Shown here piece after piece: positions 37,218 to 46,522 of a stretch of DNA of 64,000 nucleotides. Source of the stretch: Alphaproteobacteria bacterium (GTDB taxonomy: Bacteria; Pseudomonadota; Alphaproteobacteria; Rhizobiales; Aestuariivirgaceae); assembly GCA_024279095.1 (NCBI GenBank), contig JAJRRY010000157.1, positions 2,040 through 66,039 of the forward strand, given 5' to 3'. The notes beneath the pieces were generated by a model. It worked only from the letters and a program-made list of their open reading frames with translations. It had not been told where the DNA came from and made no database searches. How positions within the stretch are numbered: position 1 is the first letter of the stretch; the number at the start of each line of letters is the position of its first letter. Position numbers and translations under genes: made by a program.

Positions 37218-38207
37218 ATGCTGGAAATCACCGTTGAGGAACGCGCCTGGCCGCTCCTGCGCCCGTTCACCATTTCGCGTGGCACACGCGACGTGGCACG
37301 TACCGTCATTGTGACGCTGAGCGACGGGAAAGGACGAACGGGCACCGGCGAGGCGGTGCCCTACCCCCGCTACGGCGAGGCCGTGGAAGACACTGTCGCG
37401 GAACTGGAAGCTGCCGCGCCCTCCATTGCCAGCGGCATTTCCCATGACGACATTCCCCGCCTGCTGTCCGGCAAGGCGGCCCGCAATGCACTTGATTGCG
37501 CCCTCTGGGATCTCGAGGCGGCACAGACGGAAAAGCCCGTCTGGAAGCTGGCGGGCCTGCCCCGTCCAGCGCCACTGGTCACCGCCTATACCATCAGCCT
37601 TGGCAGCCCCGAGGACATGGCGGATCAGGCACGGCACAACGCCGGGCGCCCTCTCCTGAAACTGAAATTGGGAGCCGATGCCGCCGGCGACATCATGCGC
37701 CTGCGCGCGGTACGCATGGCTGCGCCACACAGCCGCATCATCGTCGACGCCAACGAGGGATGGCAGCCAGACAGCCTTCCAACGCTATTCGCCGTCTGTG
37801 CAGATTGCGGTGTGGAGCTGATCGAGCAGCCGCTGCCGGCAGACGCAGACGAGGCCCTCTCGCGCATCATCCGCCCGGTACCTGTCTGTGCGGACGAATC
37901 CGTCCATGACATCGAGGACCTTCCCGCGCTCCGATCACGTTACGATGCTGTCAACATAAAGCTCGACAAGACCGGCGGTCTGACGCCCGCCCTGCGCCTT
38001 GCCTCCACGGCCCGGGAACAGGATTTCGAGATCATGGTCGGATGCATGCTGGCCTCCTCCCTTGCCATGGCTCCGGCCTTTCTGGTAGCCCAGCTGGCAC
38101 GCTGGACCGACCTTGACGGCCCCCTGCTGCTGGCCGAGGATTTCGCCCCCTCGATGCAGCATGAAAATTCCGTCATCCAGCCGCCGGAGCCTGCTCTCTG
38201 GGGCTGA
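37218..38207 (+). CDS. dipeptide epimerase (enolase superfamily, L-Ala-D/L-Glu epimerase-like)
   Basis: Internal ATG at 37218 (MLEITVEERAWPLLRPFTISRG). KLKLG, DANEGW, IEQPL and the CADES motif series of the MLE subgroup. Confidence 0.75.
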   Translation: MLEITVEERAWPLLRPFTISRGTRDVARTVIVTLSDGKGRTGTGEAVPYPRYGEAVEDTVAELEAAAPSIASGISHDDIPRLLSGKAARNALDCALWDLEAAQTEKPVWKLAGLPRPAPLVTAYTISLGSPEDMADQARHNAGRPLLKLKLGADAAGDIMRLRAVRMAAPHSRIIVDANEGWQPDSLPTLFAVCADCGVELIEQPLPADADEALSRIIRPVPVCADESVHDIEDLPALRSRYDAVNIKLDKTGGLTPALRLASTAREQDFEIMVGCMLASSLAMAPAFLVAQLARWTDLDGPLLLAEDFAPSMQHENSVIQPPEPALWG

Positions 38208-39363
38208 TGACGCGATTCAACACCAGCACCAGAAGCAGCGCGGTTGCTGACATGCCTGCCATGACGAGCCATGCACCGGCACCATGCGCCCTGTAAAGCA
38301 GACCCGAGGCCCAGGTTGCGATGGTCATGAAAATGCCGCCGGCCACGGCCCCGTATACCGCCTGCGCCGTCGCAGATCTGTCCTGAGGCGTATACCTGCG
38401 AATGAACTCGATGGCACCAAGGTGCGCCGCCCCGAAGCTGAAGCCGTGCAGCATCTGAAGCAGGAACAGGAAGACGAGCGGCGGGTCATAGGCCAGCCCC
38501 GTCCACCGCACACATCCGGCAATGCCAGCCATCCCCAGCAGACGCACCGCTCCGAGCCTGGTCATGACCGTTCTGGAAAACCAGAACAGTATGATTTCGG
38601 CAACCACGCCCACGCCCCACAACAGGCCGACGACCGTGCCGGAATATCCCAGAGACTTCCAATGCAGAGCGGAAAATCCGTAAACCAGCGCATGCGAGCT
38701 CTGCAACAGCGCCGCACTCAGCAGGAAAAGAACAAATCCCGCCGACAGAAAGCTCAGACTTCCATCCGTCCCGGAACCGGATATCTGCATTCCGTCGGAA
38801 TGCCCTTCTCCCCGAGGAGGCAGCGACATGAGCACGAGAAAGAGAACGGCCTGGGCAATGACAAGCAGCCACACCAGCCGGCCGGCGGAGAAGATGTCCA
38901 GCATCAGGCCTGCAAAAAGATTGCCGGCAATGAAGAGAATCGATCCCCACAAGCGCATCCGCCCGTAGTCCAGGCCGTGCCTTCTGCCCGCCGTAACGGC
39001 ATAGGCCTCTGTCAGCGGCATCAGAGGAGCAAAGGCGGTGAAGGTGACGGCGACCATGATCATTATGGCCTGAAAACCGTCGACCATCTCCAGCCACAGG
39101 AAGCCCGCCAGGGCGCCGGCGGCACAGACCAGCATCACGGGCCGCAGCCTGCCCAGTCTGTCGGCAAGATGCGAGACGGCAGGCGAGGCCACCATCCGCG
39201 TGCCGCTCTGTACGGCCAGAACCCAGGCCACCTGCACGTCATCCAGCCCCTGCGATTTCAGCCATACCGGAAAGAAGGGCATGAACATGCCGACACTGAA
39301 GAACAGAGCGCCATAGACCATGGCGATCCGCGCAAACAGGGACATGTCATGGGCTTTCGCCAC
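38173..39363 (-). CDS. MFS transporter (MFS_1_like / HcaT-like)
   Basis: 12 TM helices. The track start is GTG at 39363; alternative ATG at 39345. The 3-prime end overlaps the epimerase gene convergently by 35 nt. Confidence 0.7.
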   Translation of the reverse strand: MAKAHDMSLFARIAMVYGALFFSVGMFMPFFPVWLKSQGLDDVQVAWVLAVQSGTRMVASPAVSHLADRLGRLRPVMLVCAAGALAGFLWLEMVDGFQAIMIMVAVTFTAFAPLMPLTEAYAVTAGRRHGLDYGRMRLWGSILFIAGNLFAGLMLDIFSAGRLVWLLVIAQAVLFLVLMSLPPRGEGHSDGMQISGSGTDGSLSFLSAGFVLFLLSAALLQSSHALVYGFSALHWKSLGYSGTVVGLLWGVGVVAEIILFWFSRTVMTRLGAVRLLGMAGIAGCVRWTGLAYDPPLVFLFLLQMLHGFSFGAAHLGAIEFIRRYTPQDRSATAQAVYGAVAGGIFMTIATWASGLLYRAHGAGAWLVMAGMSATALLLVLVLNRVISPREQAPAAG

Positions 39364-39459
39364 CGCCGCAACCTTTCGCTAACCATTCGGGAAGATACTG
39401 AAGGCGCCCGGACAACGAGCATTTACCGTTTACGTCAGTTTGTGTCGAGTAGGAAGGCC

Positions 39460-40290
39460 ATGAACAAGACTCCCTCCCCAAACGTCAACGAGGATTTCGA
39501 AGCCATCGAGGCCGCCGTTCTGGAAACCGCCCGCGGTCGCTGGTTCCTGGCCGAATATCTGCGGCGCCATCAGGCGGCGGAAACACGTGCGCTGCTGGAT
39601 GCCATCCGGAAGCTGGAGAACGCCCTGGGGGCGGATGGTCAGCGTTCTCGCGACATTCTCGCCATCATGGAACGGACAGCCGGCCAGCTGGCCGAGATCG
39701 GGCACGAGCCCTTCGCCTCCGCCCTGCCGGAAGCCGTTCTGCAGATGGCAGAGGAAGCCGCCGCCATAGCCACCCGCATGGAGAAGCTGGGAGAAAAGGA
39801 CGGAGATCCCGAAAGCACACTGCCTGCCCAGCTTTCCGCGCAGCAGCACCTCATGGCCCGCAAGCTGGAAGCCGTCGCCGGCTGTCTGAGAGAAATCTCC
39901 ACCATCTGCGGTGCGGAAACCCCGCAGCAGACCGAGGAGCCCAGCATCAGGCCCGAACAGGCCCGTTGGTTCGCTTCCGATGCCGAACTCTTCGAAGAGG
40001 AAACCCGTGCCGTCGAATCCGGAGCTGCTTCCGGTGCGGAACTGCCGGAAGATGATACCGGCGCAAACGAGCGCACGGGACATCTCTCCATCATCATCGA
40101 ACCGGGTCAGCCGAAGAAGGTGCACAGGGAAACCCGCATCACGGACGTCGAGGAAGCGGACCGCCCCCGTATCATCATCACCCGCAAACGTTCTTCCAAC
40201 GAGGTCGACATCCCCATGGCCGGCCACGAAGAGGAAGACGGAACAACAGAAACGACAGCCATCCGGAAGCCCGAGAAAAGCGAAGCCTGA
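39460..40290 (+). CDS. acidic hypothetical protein
   Basis: Only the part of track ORF 38284-40290 after the ATG at 39460 does not overlap the MFS gene on the opposite strand. MNKTPSPNVNEDFEAIEAAVLETARGRWFLAEYLRR..., with a Glu/Asp-rich C-terminal half. Family not recognised. Confidence 0.5.
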   Translation: MNKTPSPNVNEDFEAIEAAVLETARGRWFLAEYLRRHQAAETRALLDAIRKLENALGADGQRSRDILAIMERTAGQLAEIGHEPFASALPEAVLQMAEEAAAIATRMEKLGEKDGDPESTLPAQLSAQQHLMARKLEAVAGCLREISTICGAETPQQTEEPSIRPEQARWFASDAELFEEETRAVESGAASGAELPEDDTGANERTGHLSIIIEPGQPKKVHRETRITDVEEADRPRIIITRKRSSNEVDIPMAGHEEEDGTTETTAIRKPEKSEA

Positions 40291-40537
40291 GGCATCCCTC
40301 CCAGTTTCGGAGCAAGAGGACGGGCGCAGGCGGAAATGCATGCGCCCTTGCGGAATGCCAACAGGTTCCCTTCCCTTGGAGCCTTTGCTTTCCTGTTTTT
40401 AATGTTGATAACAAGGCATTGAAAAGGCTTGAAAAAGCTCTGAAACTGAATCCGCATTCCAAACTGCGGTGCTTGACCGGATGCAACCTGCGCCCCACAT
40501 TTCAGGAGTATCTTCAACGACCGGAGGGCACAATCTC

Positions 40538-40951
40538 ATGAATACCGTCACCGCAAGTTCCGGACGCGGCAGCCGCTGGACGCCTCTCGGCATCGCGGCG
40601 CTGGTTCTGGGCTTCATGGTCTGGTGGCCGCTCGGCATGGCCGTGCTGGCCTACATCCTCTGGGGCGGCTCGGTGGACGAGCTGGCCGCACGGACCATCG
40701 AGAGGATCCGGGACATTATCCATCATTCAGGCGGAGGTCTGCGTCCAGGCGGCAGCCTGCGTCCGACCGGCAATGCCGCCTTCGACGCCTATCGCGAGGA
40801 GACGCTCCGCCGTCTGGAAGAGGAGCAGCGCGAATTCGAGGAATTCGTCACGAAGTTGCGGCAGGCCCGCGACCGCGAGGAATTCGAGCGTTTCATGGCA
40901 GAACGCAATGCAGCTGGATCCCCCGCCGGAAAGGGCCGCAGGAAGAAGTGA
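40538..40951 (+). CDS. DUF2852 domain membrane protein
   Basis: GGAGGG SD. TM segment IAALVLGFMVWWPLGMAVLAYILWGG, then NAAFDAYREETLRRLEEEQREFEEFVTKLRQARDREEFERFM. Confidence 0.65.
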   Translation: MNTVTASSGRGSRWTPLGIAALVLGFMVWWPLGMAVLAYILWGGSVDELAARTIERIRDIIHHSGGGLRPGGSLRPTGNAAFDAYREETLRRLEEEQREFEEFVTKLRQARDREEFERFMAERNAAGSPAGKGRRKK

Positions 40952-41915
40952 TCTCCTGACCGACGGTCTCCCTTTTCTGAAAGTCTGCAGGGCCCGCCAT
41001 CAGGCGGGCCCCTTTCATGCATGCGGCAACGGGATGATGGCCCCGGTTGCAGGAAGAGACGCCCTGCCGCTGTCTTTGCGCCAGCAGCCAGGCGATGAAC
41101 AGCGCGGCGGTCACGTTCATGACCAGGGCATAGGTAATGGAAGGCGTCATCATCGCCGGGTTGTTCAGCAGGTTCGCGGCCACGAAAATGCCCAGCGCCC
41201 CGTTCTGCAAACCGCCCTCGATGGCGATGGCCACACCCTGCGCCCGCGGCAGCAGCAGCACCGACGCCAGCCCGAAACCGATGGCCATGATGAGCACGTT
41301 CAGGGCAATCACCACCGGCCCGATCTCCGCCATGTTCTCCATCATCACCCGCCACTGGCTGGCAAAGGCCCAGATCACGATCAACGCGAAAATGATCAGC
41401 GACAGGGGCCGCGCCACCCGCTCCACGGCTTCCGCCACGCGCGGCGCAAAGTGATGAATCAGCATGCCAACGAGCACCGGCAGCGTCGATACCAGAAAGA
41501 CCTTGATCGCCATCTGTCCTACCGGCAGGGAACCGGACACCGTCTGCCCCATGAACTGCGCCATGGCGAAAGCCACGATCACGGGCACCGTCACCATCCC
41601 GGCCAGCGAAGTGATTGCCGTCAGCGTGATGGACAACGCCGTATCTCCGCGCGCAATGTGGGTGATCATGTTGGAGGTGATGCCACCCGGACATGCCGCG
41701 AGAATCATTACGCCGACGGCAAATTCCGGTCTGATGGGAAAGATCATGAGCAGGGCGAAGGCAATCAGCGGCAGGAGGATCATCTGCACGAACAGCCCCA
41801 GCCCCACGGCCAGCGGATGCCGGACCAGTTTCGTGAAGTCCGAAAAATGCAGTGTGAGCCCCATGGCGAACATGATGAATGCAAGCCCCAGGGGCAGCAG
41901 CTTGGCAATGATCAT
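40893..41915 (-). CDS. bile acid:sodium symporter (BASS) family transporter
   Basis: Internal ATG at 41915 with GAGGG SD. MIIAKLLPLGLAFIMFAMGLTLHFSDF... plus a PGGITSNM motif. Confidence 0.8.
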   Translation of the reverse strand: MIIAKLLPLGLAFIMFAMGLTLHFSDFTKLVRHPLAVGLGLFVQMILLPLIAFALLMIFPIRPEFAVGVMILAACPGGITSNMITHIARGDTALSITLTAITSLAGMVTVPVIVAFAMAQFMGQTVSGSLPVGQMAIKVFLVSTLPVLVGMLIHHFAPRVAEAVERVARPLSLIIFALIVIWAFASQWRVMMENMAEIGPVVIALNVLIMAIGFGLASVLLLPRAQGVAIAIEGGLQNGALGIFVAANLLNNPAMMTPSITYALVMNVTAALFIAWLLAQRQRQGVSSCNRGHHPVAACMKGARLMAGPADFQKRETVGQEITSSCGPFRRGIQLHCVLP

Positions 41916-41941
41916 GACATGACCCTCGAATTCGTTGTTCC

Positions 41942-42853
41942 CTACTGGACGAGTGACAGACACATGAGTGCGGCAATGGCGAATTGCAGCTTGGCGGTAT
42001 TGACCAGCAGCAGATTGAAATAGCCCACCGGCTTCTTCCGGAACTGCATCACCAGCCAGATGGCATAGGGCAGAGTGATGAAGACGGGCCACAGCAATCG
42101 CCCGGACAGGCTGTGGTATCCCGGCCAGGGAAGAGCCAGCAGCAGATAGGGGGTCAGCAACAGAAAGGCGTAGACGATGGCAGCCCGCGTCTTGCCGATA
42201 CGAATGGCCAGCGTCAGACGTCCCGCCGCCATGTCCTGCAACACGTCACGGGTATTGTTCACCAGCAGCACCGCACCGGCCGGCAGTCCGACGATGAGGC
42301 CGGCCACCATCGCCCGCGGCGACACCGTACCCGTCTGCAGATAGTAGGTGCCAGCCACGGCGGCCAGTCCGAAGAAGGCGACGACGAACACCTCGCCGAA
42401 TGGCGTGTGTGAAATCGGACGGGGGCCGGAAGAATATGCGGCTCCCGCCAGGATGGACGCCACACCGATGACCAGTATCGGCCAGCCCCCTTGCCAGACC
42501 AGCCACAGACCGAGCAGGGCCGCCAGTCCGAAGGAGATCCATGCCGCCAGCCGCACGTCCTCCGCTGACAGAAGCCCCAGCGCACTGACACGAGGTGGCC
42601 CGAGACGCACCCCGGCATCGGCCTCCACGTCCGCGGCATCGTTGTGCAGGTTCGTGCCGGCCTGAATGAGCACCGCCGCCAGCATGATGACGACAAACAG
42701 CCACACGTCCACCCGCCCGGCTTCCGTCCAGGCGAGCGTCGTGCCCACCAGCACCGGAGCCAGCGCAATGGTCAGGGTGCGCGGTCGTATGGCCATGAGC
42801 CACAGACGCAGCCCCTCCCCCATCCGCATCATGCTTGCCACGATCTGGTTCAT
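41942..42853 (-). CDS. menA: 1,4-dihydroxy-2-naphthoate polyprenyltransferase (UbiA superfamily)
   Basis: About 8 TM helices and first Asp-rich motif NLHNDAADVEAD (MenA-type N-x-x-N-D-x-x-D). ATGA overlap with the upstream methyltransferase gene. Confidence 0.65.
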   Translation of the reverse strand: MNQIVASMMRMGEGLRLWLMAIRPRTLTIALAPVLVGTTLAWTEAGRVDVWLFVVIMLAAVLIQAGTNLHNDAADVEADAGVRLGPPRVSALGLLSAEDVRLAAWISFGLAALLGLWLVWQGGWPILVIGVASILAGAAYSSGPRPISHTPFGEVFVVAFFGLAAVAGTYYLQTGTVSPRAMVAGLIVGLPAGAVLLVNNTRDVLQDMAAGRLTLAIRIGKTRAAIVYAFLLLTPYLLLALPWPGYHSLSGRLLWPVFITLPYAIWLVMQFRKKPVGYFNLLLVNTAKLQFAIAALMCLSLVQ

Positions 42854-43629
42854 GACGCCGTCCCCCCTGCCCGGGGTGAAGGAGCACCTGCCCTGCGCGC
42901 CGAATGGATGGCGGCAATGCCGAACGACAGATTGCGCCAGCGAACATCGGAAAAACCGGCATGGCGCATCTTGGCGGTGAGTGCCTTCTGGCCGGGAAAG
43001 CGCCGAATGGATTCGATCAGGTACCGGTAAGCCGAAGGCTCACCCGCTACCCAGGCGCCCAGCCGGGGGATGACGAAAAAGGAATAGAGGTCGTAGAACG
43101 GCTTCAGCCACCATTGCGGTCGGGAAAATTCGAGACAGAAGAAGCGCCCGCCGGGTTTCAGGACGCGCAACGCCTCCTCCAGCGCCATGTCCGGATCCGA
43201 CATGTTGCGCAGACCGAAAGCCACCGTCAGCACGTCCACCGATCGATCCGGCAGCGGCAGCCGCTCGCCCTCCGCCGCCACCCACTTCAGGGACACCGAA
43301 CACCGGGGATGGTCACGCCGCCCCGCCAGCATCATTTCCACGGAAGGGTCCATGACGATCACCTCCCGTGCCGGATCATCACGCAGGAGAAGCCGCGCCA
43401 CGTCCCCGGTTCCCCCGGCAAGATCGACGAACAGACGCGCGTCCGGAACCTCACGGGCGATCATCCGCACCAATGTGCGCTTCCAGAGCCGGTGGATACC
43501 GAAGCTCATGAGATCGTTCATCAGGTCATAGCGCGCGGCCACGGCATCGAACAGCCTGCGTATCCGTCGCCGGCGCTCCTCCACGTCCACCTGCTCGAAC
43601 CCGAACGTATGTTTCAGATCGGCATTCAT
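42850..43629 (-). CDS. ubiE: demethylmenaquinone / ubiquinone C-methyltransferase (UbiE/MenG)
   Basis: LFDAVAARYDLMNDLMSFGIHRLWK, DLAGGTGD and LKPGGRFFCLEFS are canonical UbiE blocks. Internal ATG at 43629. Confidence 0.85.
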   Translation of the reverse strand: MNADLKHTFGFEQVDVEERRRRIRRLFDAVAARYDLMNDLMSFGIHRLWKRTLVRMIAREVPDARLFVDLAGGTGDVARLLLRDDPAREVIVMDPSVEMMLAGRRDHPRCSVSLKWVAAEGERLPLPDRSVDVLTVAFGLRNMSDPDMALEEALRVLKPGGRFFCLEFSRPQWWLKPFYDLYSFFVIPRLGAWVAGEPSAYRYLIESIRRFPGQKALTAKMRHAGFSDVRWRNLSFGIAAIHSARRAGAPSPRAGGTAS

Positions 43630-43933
43630 GTTCCATCCATAACTTCCCGGCTCCGTTCGGCAAAACGGTTTCACCGATTTAGACGGACTGCAAGCCGCCG
43701 ATATTGACAACGGTCAATCTCCCAGGCGCTTTCTCCCGGCAGTTGAAGGTCTTGTTGCTGAAAAGTCACAGCACGGACGAAATATGGCCGGAAGGTGACA
43801 AATTATTCAGCCGCGCACTTGCATGCCATGAATCGAATCTGGATGAATACCTGCGTTTGGGACATTCCACCCATGCGGCACACGCATGTGATACTGCCCC
43901 ACGGTCCGGAAGAATTGCAGGAGGAGTTCGCGC

Positions 43934-45193
43934 ATGGCCGGCATGAGCAGGAAAATCTGCTTGGGCATTCTGCTCGGCACAACGACTCTCGTTTCGGCTA
44001 CCTTCGCTCATGCAGGCGGTTTCGCCATTCGCGAACAGTCCGCGGAATTTCAGGGCATGTCCTTTGCCGGCGCCGCCGCTGGAGGCAGCGGCCTCTCCTC
44101 CATGTTCTGGAACCCTGCCACCATCACGCAGCACGAGGGCATGAAGGGCGACTACAACGGCGCCTTGGTCATGCCCTACGGACGCGCCAAGGATGAAACC
44201 GGCGGCCTCGGGGGCACCACGGATTCCGGCAACATCGGCAAGACCGCCTTCGTGCCGGCCACCTACAGCTCCTACCAGATCAACGACATGTTCTGGGTAG
44301 GACTTGGCATGACCGCTCCCTTCGGCATGAAGACAGAAAACGATCCGAATTCGATTGGCGCTCTCTACGGCTACAAGTCGAAGATCTTCACCCTGAACAT
44401 CAACCCCGTGGTGGGTGTGAAACTGAACGACCTCGTCTCCGTGGGCGCCGGTCTCCAGATCAATTACATGAAGGGCGATCTGTCGAATGCACTTGCAGGC
44501 GTGGGAGAAATCGCCCGCGTCGAAGGCGATGACTGGGGTGTGGGTTTCACCGCCGGCATCACCATTACGCCCACCGACATGACCACCATCGGCATCGGCT
44601 ACCGCTCACGTGTCAAGCACAAGCTGAAGGGCAGCTTCTACAATAATCTAGGAGCTATTCTCGGTATTCCTGCTCTCACCACCCCCTATGGCCCTGCCAC
44701 CGTCGATCACACCCTCCCGGACATGCTGACCTTCTCGGTTCGTCAGCAAATCACGGACAGTCTTGCACTTACGGGTTCCGTTGAATGGACGAACTGGAGT
44801 CTCTTCAAGGACTTCACCATCGAATATTCCGGGGGAACGGAATCCATAGCCTATGACTGGGAAGATTCCTGGTTGTTCGCGGTAGGGGCGGAGTACAAGT
44901 ATTCCGATGCGCTCACTTTTCGTGCCGGCTATGCCTATGAGGACAGCCCCGTACCGGATTCCACCCGGGGCGTCCGTGTCCCCGACAACAACCGGCACTG
45001 GATTTCCATTGGTGCTTCCTGGGTCGCGGGTGACTGGCTGACCCTGCATGCCGGTTACAGCCACCTGTTCGTGAAGGACGGTGACGTGAACATCACCACG
45101 CCTGTTCCATTCACTGCCACCTACAAGAACCATGTGAACATCGTTGCGGTTTCGGCCACGGTCGATACCGGCAAGCTTTTCTTCGGCCGCTGA
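43934..45193 (+). CDS. outer-membrane transport protein, FadL/OmpP1/TodX family
   Basis: Signal peptide ending AHAGGFAIREQSA and C-terminal beta-barrel ending F. GGAGGAG SD. Confidence 0.8.
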   Translation: MAGMSRKICLGILLGTTTLVSATFAHAGGFAIREQSAEFQGMSFAGAAAGGSGLSSMFWNPATITQHEGMKGDYNGALVMPYGRAKDETGGLGGTTDSGNIGKTAFVPATYSSYQINDMFWVGLGMTAPFGMKTENDPNSIGALYGYKSKIFTLNINPVVGVKLNDLVSVGAGLQINYMKGDLSNALAGVGEIARVEGDDWGVGFTAGITITPTDMTTIGIGYRSRVKHKLKGSFYNNLGAILGIPALTTPYGPATVDHTLPDMLTFSVRQQITDSLALTGSVEWTNWSLFKDFTIEYSGGTESIAYDWEDSWLFAVGAEYKYSDALTFRAGYAYEDSPVPDSTRGVRVPDNNRHWISIGASWVAGDWLTLHAGYSHLFVKDGDVNITTPVPFTATYKNHVNIVAVSATVDTGKLFFGR

Positions 45194-45236
45194 GACGGCC
45201 ACCGGAATGAGGGGAAGCTGGGGGGCTTCCTGACAG

Positions 45237-45274
45237 GGGGGCCGACCTGCGGGGGGTCGGCCCCCTTGCTCTTT
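45237..45274 (+). terminator. intrinsic terminator
   Basis: GGGGGCCGACC-tgcgggg-GGTCGGCCCCC followed by a T-rich tail. Confidence 0.6.
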
Positions 45275-45340
45275 CCGACGCCCCCCCTTGCAAGCTATGC
45301 TGAGCATCGTTCGACGAGTCTTCTCCCGGAGCAGGTCCCC

Positions 45341-46204
45341 ATGACGGATATTCCCGAGAACCTCTGGTCCCTGGATTTCGATGAGCTGCCTCCCCCTATT
45401 GCTGCCCTCGCATTCCCTGACGGCCCCGGCTATCCCTACGGGGAGAAACTGAAGCGCAAGAAGTACGAACGCCAACTGAAGGCCCTGCAGGCCGAACTCG
45501 TGAAGCTGCAGAAATGGGTGCGCGAGAGGGGCAAGCGACTGGTGCTCGTCTTCGAGGGACGCGACGCCGCCGGAAAGGGCGGCACCATACGGCGCTTCAC
45601 GTGGTACCTCAACCCGCGCGCCGCACGCGTCGTCGCTCTGCCCAAGCCCTCCGAGGTGGAACGCGGGCAATGGTATTTTCAGCGTTACGTGGCGCACATG
45701 CCCACCGCAGGAGAAATGGTCTTCTTCGACCGCTCCTGGTACAATCGCGCCGGTGTGGAGCGCGTCATGGGCTTCTGCACGGAAGAGCAGTGGCGTGCCT
45801 TCTTCGACGAGGCCCCGCGCTTCGAGGCCATGCTGAAGCATGACGGCATCCATCTGTTCAAGTTCTGGCTGACCGTCTCGCGTGCCGAACAGCTCAAGCG
45901 CTTCTATGAACGCAAGAACAACATCCTGAAAAGCTGGAAGCTTTCGCCCATCGATCATGCCGCCGTGGGCAAGTGGGACGAGTATACCCGCGCCATATCC
46001 GACATCTTTCGCCATACCGACACGCAAGACTGTCCGTGGACGGTGATCGATTCCAACGATCAGCGCCGCGCCCGGCTGGAGGCCATCAAGGTCGTGCTGA
46101 CGCATTTCGACTATCCGGACAAGGATGCGGAAGCCGTGGGCGACATCGATCCGAAGATCGTGCAGAGCGCCGCCCAGTGGCTGGAACGGGAGGGCGCAAC
46201 CTGA
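45341..46204 (+). CDS. ppk2: polyphosphate kinase 2
   Basis: VFEGRDAAGKGG (Walker A) and YFQRYVAHMPTAGEMVFFDRSWYNRAGVERVMGF are PPK2 hallmarks. Internal ATG at 45341. Confidence 0.9.
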   Translation: MTDIPENLWSLDFDELPPPIAALAFPDGPGYPYGEKLKRKKYERQLKALQAELVKLQKWVRERGKRLVLVFEGRDAAGKGGTIRRFTWYLNPRAARVVALPKPSEVERGQWYFQRYVAHMPTAGEMVFFDRSWYNRAGVERVMGFCTEEQWRAFFDEAPRFEAMLKHDGIHLFKFWLTVSRAEQLKRFYERKNNILKSWKLSPIDHAAVGKWDEYTRAISDIFRHTDTQDCPWTVIDSNDQRRARLEAIKVVLTHFDYPDKDAEAVGDIDPKIVQSAAQWLEREGAT

Positions 46205-46522
46205 ACCGTGCCCAGTAACGGCAACCGCCTGCTACCGAGGCAACTGCTTGCTCCTTCCGCCATGCAAGAAATGCCGATCTCCCCGGGAGGGTCCGGCTTG
46301 ATGAACGGCACGAAACCGGCAAGGGGCGGCCCCCCAGAACTTCCGAAATGCCGGAAATACCATTCATCGACCGGACGCGGAAAGTTGGAATACGTCCGTT
46401 TCATTTTTCGGAATTTCATACGGCAGAATGAGATATCCTTGATCTCCGTCATATCTTTCGGCCGCTTCCGGGCGCATAAGTGAGTCGCGAAATTCAAGCA
46501 TCATTTCATCCGGGATGCGGCC

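Noticed and set aside
38284-39459. N-terminal two-thirds of track ORF 38284-40290
   Set aside because: This part is antisense to the MFS transporter and translates to Arg/Gly/His/Pro-rich sequence. Only the segment from the ATG at 39460 is outside the MFS gene and has normal composition.
40893-40951. 59-nt convergent overlap of the BASS transporter and DUF2852 genes
   Set aside because: The last 60 or so residues of the transporter ORF are non-hydrophobic and low-complexity, and may simply be read-through to the first available stop. I see no evidence of anything functional.
44648-46105. 485-aa minus-strand ORF across the fadL-like and ppk2 genes
   Set aside because: It spans two convergently unrelated, well-supported plus-strand genes and their terminator. 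The composition is typical of a GC-rich antisense frame.
46439-46452. FNR-like site TTGAT-CTCC-GTCAT upstream of the octaheme cytochrome gene
   Set aside because: The right half-site is poor (GTCAT versus ATCAA), which is not enough to call.
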